Below, piece after piece: positions 33,136 to 43,284 of a stretch of DNA of 64,000 nucleotides. Position 1 is the stretch's first letter; each line of letters begins with the position of its first letter. Source of the stretch: Thermodesulfobacteriota bacterium (GTDB taxonomy: Bacteria > Desulfobacterota_D > UBA1144 > Nemesobacterales > Mycalebacteriaceae); NCBI GenBank assembly GCA_965198945.1, contig CBDAQI010000001.1:192001-256000 (forward strand), read 5' to 3'. Under the pieces are notes generated by a model. The model saw only the letters and a program-made list of their open reading frames with translations. It was not told the DNA's origin and did not search any database. Position numbers and translations under genes: made by a program.

Positions 33136-34221
33136 ATGTTAGGAGATATTCAAATGGAATTTGGGAAACTGCTTGAAGTTCTCAAGAGTGCTGATTTTTA
33201 CTATACTTATCTGCCTCCGGTTCTGGCCGTTTTAATTTCATTTTTTTCCCTGCTTTTTTTCGTAAGGTTTTTATCGGGGCATTTCAGGAAGTTCACTCGC
33301 AGAACCATAAACAAATTTGACGATATTATTGCCGACACTCTGGATGGCACAAACCGTTTTTTTTTTCTGGCGGTTTCAATTTACATAGGTTCGTATTTTA
33401 TTGAACTGAGCCCTGAGGTGAAGGAAACCGGGAGAAAAATCATTGTTACGGCTCTGATTATTCAGTCCGTTTTATGGCTCGGAAGAATATCAAGCCGTTA
33501 TCTTGCTCTGAATCACCATAAATGGAACATCACCACCACACAGTCAAGTTTTTTCGTTTTTTTTCTGCGAATTATTTTATGGTGTCTCGCCGCGCTTCTT
33601 ATTCTTGAAAATCTGGGACTTCGCGTAACGCCTCTTGTTGCCGGACTGGGAATCGGGGGAATTGCGATAGCGCTCGCCCTTCAGAGTGTTCTCGGTGAGC
33701 TTATCGCCTCACTGTCAATCATACTGGACAAGCCGTTTGTTGTGGGGGATTTTATAGTTGTTGACAATTTCAGCGGAAGTGTTGAAAAGGTGGGTCTTAA
33801 AACCACCAGAATAAGAAGCATTTCCGGAGAATTGCTGGTTTTTTCAAACCACCACCTTATCAGCACCACAATAAAAAACTACAAAAATCTTCCCCGCCGC
33901 CGAAGTTTTTTCACTTTGGGTGTCGTTTATGAAACGGAAACCGAAAAACTCAAGCAAATTCCGCTTATTCTGAAAGATATAATAGACAAACATCCCAAGA
34001 CCGAATATGACAGGGTTCATTTTGTCGCATTTGCGGATTTTTCGCTGAATTTTGAAGTTTCCTATTATGTATTAACGGGTGACTATATTGAACATCTTGA
34101 CACCGTGCAGGAAATTAATTTGGAAATAATAAGCAAGTTCCGTCAGGAAAATATAGATTTCGCATACCCCACGCAAACGTTTTTTCCCGGCAAACAGCTG
34201 GAAGTTGCCGTGAAAAAATAA
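33136..34221 (+). CDS. Small-conductance mechanosensitive channel (MscS family)
   Basis: AGLGIGGIAIALALQ, DKPFVVGDFI, FAYPTQT. Confidence 0.93.
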   Translation: MLGDIQMEFGKLLEVLKSADFYYTYLPPVLAVLISFFSLLFFVRFLSGHFRKFTRRTINKFDDIIADTLDGTNRFFFLAVSIYIGSYFIELSPEVKETGRKIIVTALIIQSVLWLGRISSRYLALNHHKWNITTTQSSFFVFFLRIILWCLAALLILENLGLRVTPLVAGLGIGGIAIALALQSVLGELIASLSIILDKPFVVGDFIVVDNFSGSVEKVGLKTTRIRSISGELLVFSNHHLISTTIKNYKNLPRRRSFFTLGVVYETETEKLKQIPLILKDIIDKHPKTEYDRVHFVAFADFSLNFEVSYYVLTGDYIEHLDTVQEINLEIISKFRQENIDFAYPTQTFFPGKQLEVAVKK

Positions 34222-34242
34222 AGAAAAGCGGAGGCCGTTGCA

Positions 34243-35631
34243 TTGTCAAAAAAAACACTTTGGTCGGGAAGGTTTTCAAAAAATCCTCATCGTCTTGCGG
34301 GACAATTCTCCGCATCGGTGGATTTTGACAGAAAGCTCGCCTTTGAAGACATTGAGGGAAGTTCCGCGCATTTAAAAATGCTTGCCGCGCGCAAGATAAT
34401 TTCCAAAAAGAATGCGGGTCTGATTTTGAAAGCCCTGTCTGAAATCAAAACGGAGATAAAAAAAGGCGTTTTCCCTTTCAGGGACGAATACGAAGATATT
34501 CATTTGAACATAGAGAAGCGCATTATTGAAAAAATAGGTCCGGTCGGCGGGATGATTCATACGGCGCGCAGCAGGAACGACCAGATAGTTCTTGATGAAC
34601 GTCTCTATCTCAGAAAGCAGACGGCGCTGATACTTGAGGGGATCTCCTCGGTGGCTGATAAAACGGTCGCTCTTGCGGAGAAGGATTCCGGCGCGATAAT
34701 GCCGTTTTACACTCATCTTCAAAGAGCTCAGCCGGTGCTTGTTTCCCACCATCTGCTTGCTTATTTTGAGATGTTCAAACGCGACCGTGAAAGATTTTTA
34801 GATTGTCTGAAAAGGATAAATGTAAATCCTCTCGGCGTCTGTGCGGGCGCGGGAACCTCTTTTCCCATAGACAGAAAAATGACTTCGGAACTGCTCGGCT
34901 TCCCGTCCGTTACCGCGAACAGCATAGACACCGTGTCTGACAGAGATTTTCTTGCGGAGTTCATATTCTGCTGCGCCGCCCTGATGGGGCATCTTGGCAG
35001 GTTTGCGGAAGAGTTGGTGATATGGTCTTCCCGCGAGTTTGATTTTGTTGATCTCGGAGATGATTTTACGACGGGCTCAAGCATAATGCCTCAGAAAAGA
35101 AACCCTGACATTGCCGAACTTGTGCGCGCAAAGGGGGCGCGGGTCAACGGAAATCTGGTTTCTCTGCTTACCCTCATCAAAGGACTTCCGCTTTCCTACA
35201 ACCGCGACATGCAGGAAGACAAGGAGCCCCTGTTTGACACCTCGGAAACGGTTGCCGGTTCTCTTTCCGTTTTTGCCGCGATGCTTGCCGGGTGCAAGCT
35301 CAAAACCGAAAATATGGAAAAAAGTCTCAAAGACGGATACATAACCGCGACCGACCTTGCGGACTATCTTACGCGCCGCGGAATGCCTTTCAGACAGGCG
35401 CATGAAATCTCAGGGCGAATTGTTTCTCATGCGGAGAAAAAAGACAAAGATATAACCGAACTGACAATTCCGGAATTCAAAAAATTCTCTCCAATTATTG
35501 AAAAGGATATTTATGAGACGCTTTCAATTGAAGGCTCCGTAAAAAGCAGAAATTCCCAGGGCGGCACCTCCCACAATCAAGTGAGAAAAATGCTCCGCTC
35601 CGCACGGCGTGAAATATCAGGATGGGGCTGA
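34243..35631 (+). CDS. argH: Argininosuccinate lyase
   Basis: LWSGRF, HTARSRNDQ, TGSSIMPQKRNPD, YNRDMQEDKE. Confidence 0.98.
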   Translation: MSKKTLWSGRFSKNPHRLAGQFSASVDFDRKLAFEDIEGSSAHLKMLAARKIISKKNAGLILKALSEIKTEIKKGVFPFRDEYEDIHLNIEKRIIEKIGPVGGMIHTARSRNDQIVLDERLYLRKQTALILEGISSVADKTVALAEKDSGAIMPFYTHLQRAQPVLVSHHLLAYFEMFKRDRERFLDCLKRINVNPLGVCAGAGTSFPIDRKMTSELLGFPSVTANSIDTVSDRDFLAEFIFCCAALMGHLGRFAEELVIWSSREFDFVDLGDDFTTGSSIMPQKRNPDIAELVRAKGARVNGNLVSLLTLIKGLPLSYNRDMQEDKEPLFDTSETVAGSLSVFAAMLAGCKLKTENMEKSLKDGYITATDLADYLTRRGMPFRQAHEISGRIVSHAEKKDKDITELTIPEFKKFSPIIEKDIYETLSIEGSVKSRNSQGGTSHNQVRKMLRSARREISGWG

Positions 35632-35976
35632 TTCAGGTTCCACGGGTATTCTCGGAGAATCAGACCAGAGGCCTTCCAGGTTGTAAAAATCGTGCTTCTG
35701 ATTTTGAAAAATATGCACTATCACATCTTCAGTACCTATGAGGATCCAGCTTTTTTTTGACATTCCTTCCCTGTCCAGGACGCGTATTTTCTTTTCTTTA
35801 AGGGTTTTTTGAATGTGGTCGGAAACGGCCTTCACCGCTCTTTCGGAAGAGGTTTTGCATATTACAAAAAAGTCCGCAATGCCGCTTGTGTTTCTCACAT
35901 CTATTATGACGACATCGGTCGCTTTTTTGTCAATTGCGCAGCGCGCAAGAAGCAGGGCTTGCTGTTTTGAAGTTAT
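35617..35976 (-). CDS. rsfS: Ribosome silencing factor RsfS
   Basis: DKKATDVVIIDV, ADFFVIC, VIVHIF, FYNLEGLW; start inferred at ATA 35976. Confidence 0.92.
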   Translation of the reverse strand: MTSKQQALLLARCAIDKKATDVVIIDVRNTSGIADFFVICKTSSERAVKAVSDHIQKTLKEKKIRVLDREGMSKKSWILIGTEDVIVHIFQNQKHDFYNLEGLWSDSPRIPVEPESAPS

Positions 35977-36653
35977 TTCGGGAGTTCCCTTAAGTAGAGT
36001 TTTTCACGCTTGATAAAATCCGCGACCGCCGGAGGGACAAGATGCTCAAATGCCTCACCGTTTTTTATGCGATTTCTTATTTCCGTTGATGAAATATCCG
36101 GAGCGTCTATTTTCACGAAAAACAGTTTTAAGCCGCCCTTGTGTTTGAAACAAACCATACCATCCGCTTCCTCATCATACAGAAAATTCTCCCTGATCTC
36201 AAAAGGCGGCTCGGATTTTATGTGTGTGTTTGAGCCCGCTCTTGATATGACAGCGACGTTTGATATTTCAAAAATTTCCCTGAATTGTTTCCATTTATTT
36301 ATACCGGCAAAAAGATCCCGTCCCACCACAAGCCAGAGGGAGTTCCGTTTATTTCGCGCTTTCCACAACCGAAGGGTTTCCACCGTATAAGAGGCGGATT
36401 TTTTTTCAATTTCCAGAGATGAAACTTCAATTCCTTCAAGTTGTCCGGTTGCAAGTTTGAGCATTTCAAAGCGTTTTTCAGGCGGCGCTTGCGGGCCGTC
36501 GCCTTTCAGGGGGTTCTGATAATTTGGAACAAGGACGACTTTATCAAAATTCAGTTTTTTTCCGGTTCGGACGGCGGCCTCTATGTGGCCGTTGTGAACC
36601 GGGTCAAAACTGCCGCCCAGCAGGGCGGTTTTAATTGTCAAAATTCCGGACAT
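35973..36653 (-). CDS. nadD: Nicotinate-nucleotide adenylyltransferase
   Basis: GGSFDPVHNGH, SYTVETL, ISSTEIR. Confidence 0.95.
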   Translation of the reverse strand: MSGILTIKTALLGGSFDPVHNGHIEAAVRTGKKLNFDKVVLVPNYQNPLKGDGPQAPPEKRFEMLKLATGQLEGIEVSSLEIEKKSASYTVETLRLWKARNKRNSLWLVVGRDLFAGINKWKQFREIFEISNVAVISRAGSNTHIKSEPPFEIRENFLYDEEADGMVCFKHKGGLKLFFVKIDAPDISSTEIRNRIKNGEAFEHLVPPAVADFIKREKLYLRELPK

Positions 36654-37744
36654 GCCTCCACAATAATCGTTTCGGCCGTTTTTGTGATTTTTTTGAAGGT
36701 TATTTTTTTTGCATTCTTAACGGTCTTGGTTTCCATTGCCGACACCATGTCCTTTCCGTCTCCGCCTATTATTAAGGGAGAGTAGAAAAAAAACATTTGA
36801 TCTACGATTTTTTCTTTCAGGGCCGAAGCCGCAATTTTGCCGCCGCCTTCAATCAGAACGGATTTAATTCCCCGCGATGAAAGTTTTTTCATTAAATCCT
36901 TCATTAAAATTCCTCCCAGGGGATTTTTTCTCACCCGCAGTATTTCGGCGCCCCGATCTTTTATACTTTTTATTTTGTCCGCTTTTGCCTCGCCCGAGAC
37001 CGCGATAATCAGATCCTTTCTGTTCAGCAGTTTTGCCTTTTCCGGAATTGTCAGCCGCGTATCGGCAACAACACATGCCGGCTGGCGAGAGGCTTTTATA
37101 AGTCTCACGTCCAGCGCGGGATTGTCTTTCCGAACGGTTTCAACACCGACCATAACCGCGTCGCACCTGTTTCTCAAAACATGCGCCATTTTTCTCTGGG
37201 ATAAGTTTCCTATCCACTTTGAATCTCCGGTGTGCGTTGCGATTTTCCCGTCAATGGAAGCTGAAAGTTTCAAAATTACAAAAGGAAGTCCCGTTCTGAT
37301 ATTTTTAAAAAATATCTCATTTACATTTTTGCAGCTCTCTTCAAGAATTCCCTCTTTGACCGAGACTCCGTTTTTTTCTAAGAATATGGCTCCGCTCCCG
37401 ACTTCGGGGTTCGGGTCTTTGCAGCCTATGAAAACCTCGGATATGCCGCTTTTTATAATTTCCCCGCAACACGGTGGGGTTTTTTTTCCGTCATAATGCC
37501 TGGCGCAGGGTTCAAGAGTAACATACATTGAAGCTCCCCGCGCCGAGTTTCCTTTTTTTTCACAGTCCCTCAGCGCCTCTATTTCCGCATGGGCAAGCCC
37601 GGCCCGTCTGTGCCAGCCTCTCCCGATGACCTTTCCCTTTTTTACTATCACCGCGCCGACAAGCGGATTGGGACTGACCGCCCCCTCGCCCTTTTGTGCA
37701 AGAGAAAGCGCGCGGCTCATAAATTTTTCGTGCATGTTTTTCAA
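36638..37744 (-). CDS. ribD: Riboflavin biosynthesis deaminase/reductase
   Basis: PNPLVG, HAE, TLEPC, PPC, EGGG. Confidence 0.96.
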   Translation of the reverse strand: MKNMHEKFMSRALSLAQKGEGAVSPNPLVGAVIVKKGKVIGRGWHRRAGLAHAEIEALRDCEKKGNSARGASMYVTLEPCARHYDGKKTPPCCGEIIKSGISEVFIGCKDPNPEVGSGAIFLEKNGVSVKEGILEESCKNVNEIFFKNIRTGLPFVILKLSASIDGKIATHTGDSKWIGNLSQRKMAHVLRNRCDAVMVGVETVRKDNPALDVRLIKASRQPACVVADTRLTIPEKAKLLNRKDLIIAVSGEAKADKIKSIKDRGAEILRVRKNPLGGILMKDLMKKLSSRGIKSVLIEGGGKIAASALKEKIVDQMFFFYSPLIIGGDGKDMVSAMETKTVKNAKKITFKKITKTAETIIVEACPEF

Positions 37745-37750
37745 TTTGTG

Positions 37751-39001
37751 CTAGTCCCGTTCATCAAAAAGCGAGGAGGCAAAATGTTCGGAGTCAAACC
37801 CGGCAAGGTCTCCCGTTCCCTCGCCTGTTCCTACATAAATTACCGGTATTTCAAACTCTTCGGCTATCGCCATGAGGACTCCTCCCTTTGCGGTTCCGTC
37901 AATTTTTGTGAGGACTATTCCCGTTACTCCGACCGCGGAGTCAAACATTTCCGTTTGCCGGACGGCATTTTGTCCGGTGGTGGCGTCAAGAACAAGAAGA
38001 ACTTCATCCGGAGCCCCGGCCCGCGCTTTGCCTATGACCCTTTTAATTTTTGAGAGCTCCTCCATAAGATTTGTTTTCGTGTGGAGTCTCCCGGCGGTGT
38101 CTATTATCACAGTGTCGCAGTTTTGTGCTTCCCCCGCCTTTACGGCATCAAACGCCACTCCGGAAGGGTCGGCTCCGAGGTTTCCCTTTATAAAAGCGCT
38201 TCCGGTTCTCTCCGCCCACCGTTCAAGTTGCTCGGTGGCCGCCGCTCTGAAAGTGTCGGCCGCGGCAAGCATGACTTTTTTGTTTTGAGATTTTTCAATG
38301 CCGGCGAGTTTCCCGGCCGTTGTGGTTTTTCCCGAGCCGTTGACGCCGACCACCATGCAGATTCCGGGCTTGGCCGAATTTCCCCGCTCGTTTCCGTTGC
38401 GCGACGATTTTTTCAGTGTTTCGGCGGTCTCTTTAATAAGCGCGTTTTTTATTTTTTCATAATTTTCAAGGCCTTCGCCTCCGAGTCTTTTTTCAACGCG
38501 CTTCCTTATTTCTGTCGCGGCTTTTACTCCCGTGTCCGCCAGCACAAGCATTTCTTCAAATTGTTCCCACAGGTCTTCTTTCATCTTTCCGCCCGCGGCA
38601 ATCTCTTTCAGTTTTGAAAGCAGACCCGAACGGCTTTTTGTAAGTCCCTTTCTCAGTTTTTCAAACGGGGGCTCGTCCGCTTTTTCCTCTTCTTTCTCCG
38701 GTTTCGGCAGCATTTCCTCGGCCTGAGCCGGAGCTTCCAAATTGGGAGATATAGTTTGGGGCTCTGACTTCTGAGGAATTCCTTCAGTCTTTGCGGAAAC
38801 TTGCAGACTTTCCGCCTTATCATCCGTTTCGGGTATTTTTTCTTCGGGGACGCTTTCTGCGGGTGTTTTGCTCGTCCGCTTTTTTAACAGCACAAATAAA
38901 ACAGCGGCGGCAAACACCGCCCCGGTCGCGATGGACAGGTATTTCAAAAAAACTTCATTTTTGAGCAGAAACGTTTTCAGTATTTGAATAAAATCGTTCA
39001 A
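37751..39001 (-). CDS. ftsY: SRP receptor FtsY with N-terminal TM anchor
   Basis: GVNGSGKTTT, DTFRAAA, DTAGR, TKIDGTAKGG. Confidence 0.97.
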   Translation of the reverse strand: MNDFIQILKTFLLKNEVFLKYLSIATGAVFAAAVLFVLLKKRTSKTPAESVPEEKIPETDDKAESLQVSAKTEGIPQKSEPQTISPNLEAPAQAEEMLPKPEKEEEKADEPPFEKLRKGLTKSRSGLLSKLKEIAAGGKMKEDLWEQFEEMLVLADTGVKAATEIRKRVEKRLGGEGLENYEKIKNALIKETAETLKKSSRNGNERGNSAKPGICMVVGVNGSGKTTTAGKLAGIEKSQNKKVMLAAADTFRAAATEQLERWAERTGSAFIKGNLGADPSGVAFDAVKAGEAQNCDTVIIDTAGRLHTKTNLMEELSKIKRVIGKARAGAPDEVLLVLDATTGQNAVRQTEMFDSAVGVTGIVLTKIDGTAKGGVLMAIAEEFEIPVIYVGTGEGTGDLAGFDSEHFASSLFDERD

Positions 39002-39726
39002 GGCTGTTTGGGGCCGCTTTTCTGCACGGCTTTGCCCGTGAAAAAAGGGCCGAGTTCTTCAATATATTCTGATGTCTGTCTCGTTTTTCTCATGGCTTGA
39101 ACAACCGATGAGAGCGGATGCAGGTTTTTTCCAAAAAGACCTATTACAAAGTCGTTGTCTTTTTCGTCAATTCCGTGACACGCAAGCCGTATGTCTTTGA
39201 CGAGGCCCGCCTCCCCGTATTTGAACCCCAGTTTTCCATGCTCTCCGAGAATTGCTCTTTTTTCTTTTTCGGGAAGCGTTTCAAAATTTTTCACCCTGCG
39301 AAGCGGATACCAGACGGCCCAGGGAAAATCCGTATCAAGAATTTTTTTTCTGGGCCCCTCTACAAGAGTTTCTTCGAGGTTGTTTTCGTAACCCAGGGAG
39401 TATGTTCTTCCGAACATAGACAATTCTTTTTTGAAATTCAGATTGCTGAAGGGCGCGGTGTTGAGAATTTTCCGCAGCTTTTCCACAAAGAAGTCTTCAT
39501 CCTCATTTATAAAAACCGCCCCTATCCCCGAAGGATCGGAGAGGTCTGAATAAAGAGAGTATTCAACGCCGCTTTCTTCAAGGACGCAGCCAATTCTGCC
39601 TGTGTCTTCCACTCCGCTGAAGGCAAAAAAACTGACGAACAAACGCCTGTCGCTGTAGATAATTTCCCCGTTTTTGGCTCTTCCTTTCTCGCGTATGTCA
39701 ATTTTTGTGTTTTCGTGCGTTTTCAT
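38998..39726 (-). CDS. Chlorite dismutase/coproheme decarboxylase family heme protein
   Basis: WYPLRR, EHG, DNDFVIGL, PFFTG. Confidence 0.8.
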   Translation of the reverse strand: MKTHENTKIDIREKGRAKNGEIIYSDRRLFVSFFAFSGVEDTGRIGCVLEESGVEYSLYSDLSDPSGIGAVFINEDEDFFVEKLRKILNTAPFSNLNFKKELSMFGRTYSLGYENNLEETLVEGPRKKILDTDFPWAVWYPLRRVKNFETLPEKEKRAILGEHGKLGFKYGEAGLVKDIRLACHGIDEKDNDFVIGLFGKNLHPLSSVVQAMRKTRQTSEYIEELGPFFTGKAVQKSGPKQP

Positions 39727-39781
39727 CCCGCCTCCGGCGCCGATAATTTATACGATTTTCCTCCGGATACAGTTATTGACT

Positions 39782-40399
39782 CTAAACCACTTTTCCAATT
39801 CTTGATATCAATTCGTCCATTTCCGGGGACTTCAGTTTCATTCTGGCCTTGTTTACAACCAGCCGCGCCGTTATGGGTGTTATGGATTCTATTTCGGTAA
39901 GATTGTTTTCTTTGATTGTTTTTCCCGTGGCCGTCAGGTCAACAATCACATCTGAGAGTCCCACCACGCAGGCGAGCTCAACCGAGCCGTACAGTTTTAT
40001 GATTTCAGTCCGGACATTTTTTTTTTCAAACCAGCTCCCGGCTATCTGCGGATACTTTGTCGCAATCCTCACCTTTCCCCCTTCCGGCAATTTGTATCCT
40101 TTATTTGCCGCAACTATCATTCTGCATTTTCCTATGCCGAGGTCCAGGGGCTCGTAAAGGTTGTTTTCCTGTTCAAGAAGCGAGTCTTTTCCGACTATTC
40201 CGCAATCGGCGACTCCGTGTTCAACATATGCGGGCACATCCGTGGGACGCACAACAAAAAGCGTCAGTCCGTGCTCTTGCACATCATGTATGAGCTTCCT
40301 TGATTTTTTTGCGTCTTTTTTCAAGTGAATTCCGGATTTTGCAAGAATTTCCAGAGATTCCTCAAAAAGCCTTCCGCGCGATACGGCAATTTTAATCAT
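39782..40399 (-). CDS. hisG: ATP phosphoribosyltransferase, short form
   Basis: GIVGKD, ATKYP, LYGSVELA, IVD. Confidence 0.96.
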   Translation of the reverse strand: MIKIAVSRGRLFEESLEILAKSGIHLKKDAKKSRKLIHDVQEHGLTLFVVRPTDVPAYVEHGVADCGIVGKDSLLEQENNLYEPLDLGIGKCRMIVAANKGYKLPEGGKVRIATKYPQIAGSWFEKKNVRTEIIKLYGSVELACVVGLSDVIVDLTATGKTIKENNLTEIESITPITARLVVNKARMKLKSPEMDELISRIGKVV

Positions 40400-41652
40400 T
40401 CTTTTTCCCTCCAGACACTGGCGCCCAGCTGTTCAAATTTTTTATCCAGTTTCTCATATCCTCTGTCCAAATGGTAAACCCTGCTTATCTCAGTTTTTCC
40501 CTTTGCGGCCGTTCCCGCGACCGCAAGCGCGGCCCCGGCCCTCAGATCACTTGCCATGGTTTGCGCCCCTTTGAGTTTTGCAATTCCTTTCACCACGGCC
40601 GCATTGCCGATAAGTTTTATATCGCCGCCCATTCTTTTCATTTCTGCTATGTGCATAAACCTCTGGGGAAATATATTTTCCGTCATTATGCTGATACCTT
40701 CTCCCGTGCACATAAGCGCCATAAACTGCGCCTGCATATCGGTCGGAAAACCGGGATAGGGCAGTGTCGTTATGTCCGTACAACTCACCCTTCCGTTTGC
40801 TCTCACATGTATTCCGCCCGCGGTCTCCTCAACCTCCGCTCCGGCTTTCATAAGCTTTCCGGCAAGCGTTCCGAGGTGCTCAAATCTGGCGCCTTTGATT
40901 AAGGCGCTTCCACCGCTTGCCACGGCGGCTATCATGAGAGTTCCCGCTTCTATTCTATCAGGTATGGCTTCATAATTTTTCAGTGGCTTCAGCGAGGAGA
41001 CGCCCCTTATTTTTATTATGTCGGTTCCAATGCCTGAAATGTCCGCCCCCATAAGGTTAAGCGCGCCCGCGAGCTCACTCACTTCGGGCTCACATGCGGC
41101 GTTGTAAATCACCGTTTCCCCATCGGCCAGAACGGCGGCGAGCATAAGGTTTTCCGTTCCCGTTACGGTTGGCATATCAAGCGGCACCACCACCCCCTTC
41201 ATTTTCGCAGATGAGGTTTCAACGTATCCGCTTTCTATTTTTATCTCCGCCCCCAGAGCTTCAAGCCCTTTCATATGCTGGTCAATAGGCCTTTCTCCTA
41301 TTGAGCAACCTCCGGGAAGAGACACACGCGCCCTGCCGAAACGCGCGGTCAGCGGGCCCAGTGTGAGAACCGAAGCCCTCATCCTTTTTACCATTTCATA
41401 TTTGGTAACCCAGCTGCCGATGCCTGACGAGTCTATTGAGAGACGCCCGCCGTCCAGTTCCACCATTGCTCCGAGGTCTGTCAGAATTTCTCCCATAACC
41501 CTTACGTCCATAAGGTCGGGGACATTTTCAAAGGAGTTCTCTCCGTCGTTAAGTATGCAGGCGGCCATAAGCGGCAGGATGGAGTTTTTTGATACGCTTA
41601 CGCAAACCTCTCCCTTGAAAGGGGTTCCGCCTTCAATGACTATCTTTTCCAA
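40396..41652 (-). CDS. murA: UDP-N-acetylglucosamine 1-carboxyvinyltransferase
   Basis: LPGGCSIGERP, PDRIEAGT, PGFPTDMQAQ; start TTG 41652. Confidence 0.97.
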   Translation of the reverse strand: MEKIVIEGGTPFKGEVCVSVSKNSILPLMAACILNDGENSFENVPDLMDVRVMGEILTDLGAMVELDGGRLSIDSSGIGSWVTKYEMVKRMRASVLTLGPLTARFGRARVSLPGGCSIGERPIDQHMKGLEALGAEIKIESGYVETSSAKMKGVVVPLDMPTVTGTENLMLAAVLADGETVIYNAACEPEVSELAGALNLMGADISGIGTDIIKIRGVSSLKPLKNYEAIPDRIEAGTLMIAAVASGGSALIKGARFEHLGTLAGKLMKAGAEVEETAGGIHVRANGRVSCTDITTLPYPGFPTDMQAQFMALMCTGEGISIMTENIFPQRFMHIAEMKRMGGDIKLIGNAAVVKGIAKLKGAQTMASDLRAGAALAVAGTAAKGKTEISRVYHLDRGYEKLDKKFEQLGASVWREKE

Positions 41653-42494
41653 TTTGCCGTAACCACCCTTGTTTTCCCGCAAAGATCTTTGGCGGTTGAT
41701 ATGTCTGAAAATCCGCTTTCCCTGAAAATTTCCGAGCATTTCCGCGCCTGTCCGTCTCCGACTTCAATAATGCACCATCCGCCCGTGCGCAGAACCCGGG
41801 GCGAGCCGCAGATGATTTTTCTTATGTGCGCGAATCCGTTTTCTCCGCTCAAAAGAGCCTCTTGCGGCTCAAATCCGCGAACCTCCTCAGGCAGATTTCC
41901 GAATTCTTCCTCAGACACATATGGCGGGTTGGAGACAACAATGTCCGCACACGAGTCTTCAAAACACGGAAGCCCGTCTCCCGTCACAAAACTTACTTCC
42001 GCTCGGTGAATACGGGCGTTCTGCGCGGCTTTTTCCAGAGCCCGGGCAGATATGTCCGAGGCCGTAACCGATATGTCCGGTCTTTCCTTTTTGAGGGTTA
42101 CCGCTATGCAGCCGCTTCCCGTTCCCACATCAAGCACTTGAAAGTTTTTCCCGCACGGGATTTTCTCAAGCGCCGCTTCAACGAGGGTCTCGGTCTCCGG
42201 ACGCGGAATCAGCACCGCGGGGCTGACAGAGAAGCCGCGTGAGAAAAACTCGCGCAAGCCCGTTGTGTAAGCGCACGGCTCACGGTTGAGACGCCTCCGG
42301 GCGCGGTTTTCGCACTCATGAATTTCCGGCAGTCCGATTTTGGTTTCCGGATTTGTGTAAACGGTCTGCGCCTGTTTGCCGATTACGGAGCAGACGATAA
42401 CGGCCGCTTCAAGTCCCGGATTTTCAATTCCGCCGAGTCTGAATCGCTCTCTTGTTTTGCGGTATAAAGTTCCCAGATTTTCTTCAAGTCCCAT
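41640..42494 (-). CDS. prmC: Release factor glutamine methyltransferase
   Basis: VLIPRPETE, DVGTGSG, SNPPY. Confidence 0.96.
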   Translation of the reverse strand: MGLEENLGTLYRKTRERFRLGGIENPGLEAAVIVCSVIGKQAQTVYTNPETKIGLPEIHECENRARRRLNREPCAYTTGLREFFSRGFSVSPAVLIPRPETETLVEAALEKIPCGKNFQVLDVGTGSGCIAVTLKKERPDISVTASDISARALEKAAQNARIHRAEVSFVTGDGLPCFEDSCADIVVSNPPYVSEEEFGNLPEEVRGFEPQEALLSGENGFAHIRKIICGSPRVLRTGGWCIIEVGDGQARKCSEIFRESGFSDISTAKDLCGKTRVVTANWKR

Positions 42495-42596
42495 TTCAGA
42501 AAGCGTGTCCGGGCGTCCCGGAACTGGTAGATTGTATATGCGCCGAAGGTGTTTTCAAACTCCGAGTGGCGCGCTCTGCTGTTAGAATAAAAAGTT

Positions 42597-43280
42597 ATGA
42601 CCGTTCAAGACTGTATTTTCCGGGTGAGAGAAAAGATGGACGCCGCCGCTTTGAAATCAGGCAGAAGCGGCAATGAAGCGCTGCTTGTGGCCGTCAGTAA
42701 AACGGTTGCCCCGGAGATTGTAATCCGGGCGGCGGAGACGGGACTGTGCCACTTCGGTGAAAACTACGCGCAGGAGTTTCGCGGAAAACTTGATTTTTTC
42801 AAAGAAAAAGGCTTTCACGCCGATTGGCATTTTGTCGGGAGACTTCAGAAAAACAAGGTAAAGTATGTTGTAGGCAACTGCCGTTTGATCCATTCGGTTG
42901 ACAGTCCGGAGCTTGCCTCGGAGATAAACAAAAAAGCCGCAAAGACTGGAGTGGAAGCGCAAATTCTAATTGAAATCAACCAGGATTCTCCGTCAAAGGG
43001 CGGTGTAAAGCCCGAAAAAGCCCGTGAGCTTCTGGATTTTGCAGGCCGTCTTGAAAGCCTGAGCGTGCGCGGTTTTATGGCAATGCCTCCGTATTCGGAC
43101 GACCCTGACCGCACAAGACCGTATTTCAGAGAATTGAAAGATTTGAGAGACTTCCTTCTGCCCGATTTTCCGGATGCCGCCGAGCTTTCAATGGGTATGA
43201 GTGCGGATTTTGAGGTTGCGGTTGAAGAGGGCGCAACCATAGTGCGGGTCGGTTCTTTAATATTTGGAGACAGAGTGTAG
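42597..43280 (+). CDS. yggS: PLP homeostasis protein
   Basis: VAVSK, FGENY, LSMGMSAD, VRVGS. Confidence 0.96.
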   Translation: MTVQDCIFRVREKMDAAALKSGRSGNEALLVAVSKTVAPEIVIRAAETGLCHFGENYAQEFRGKLDFFKEKGFHADWHFVGRLQKNKVKYVVGNCRLIHSVDSPELASEINKKAAKTGVEAQILIEINQDSPSKGGVKPEKARELLDFAGRLESLSVRGFMAMPPYSDDPDRTRPYFRELKDLRDFLLPDFPDAAELSMGMSADFEVAVEEGATIVRVGSLIFGDRV

Positions 43281-43284
43281 AAAA

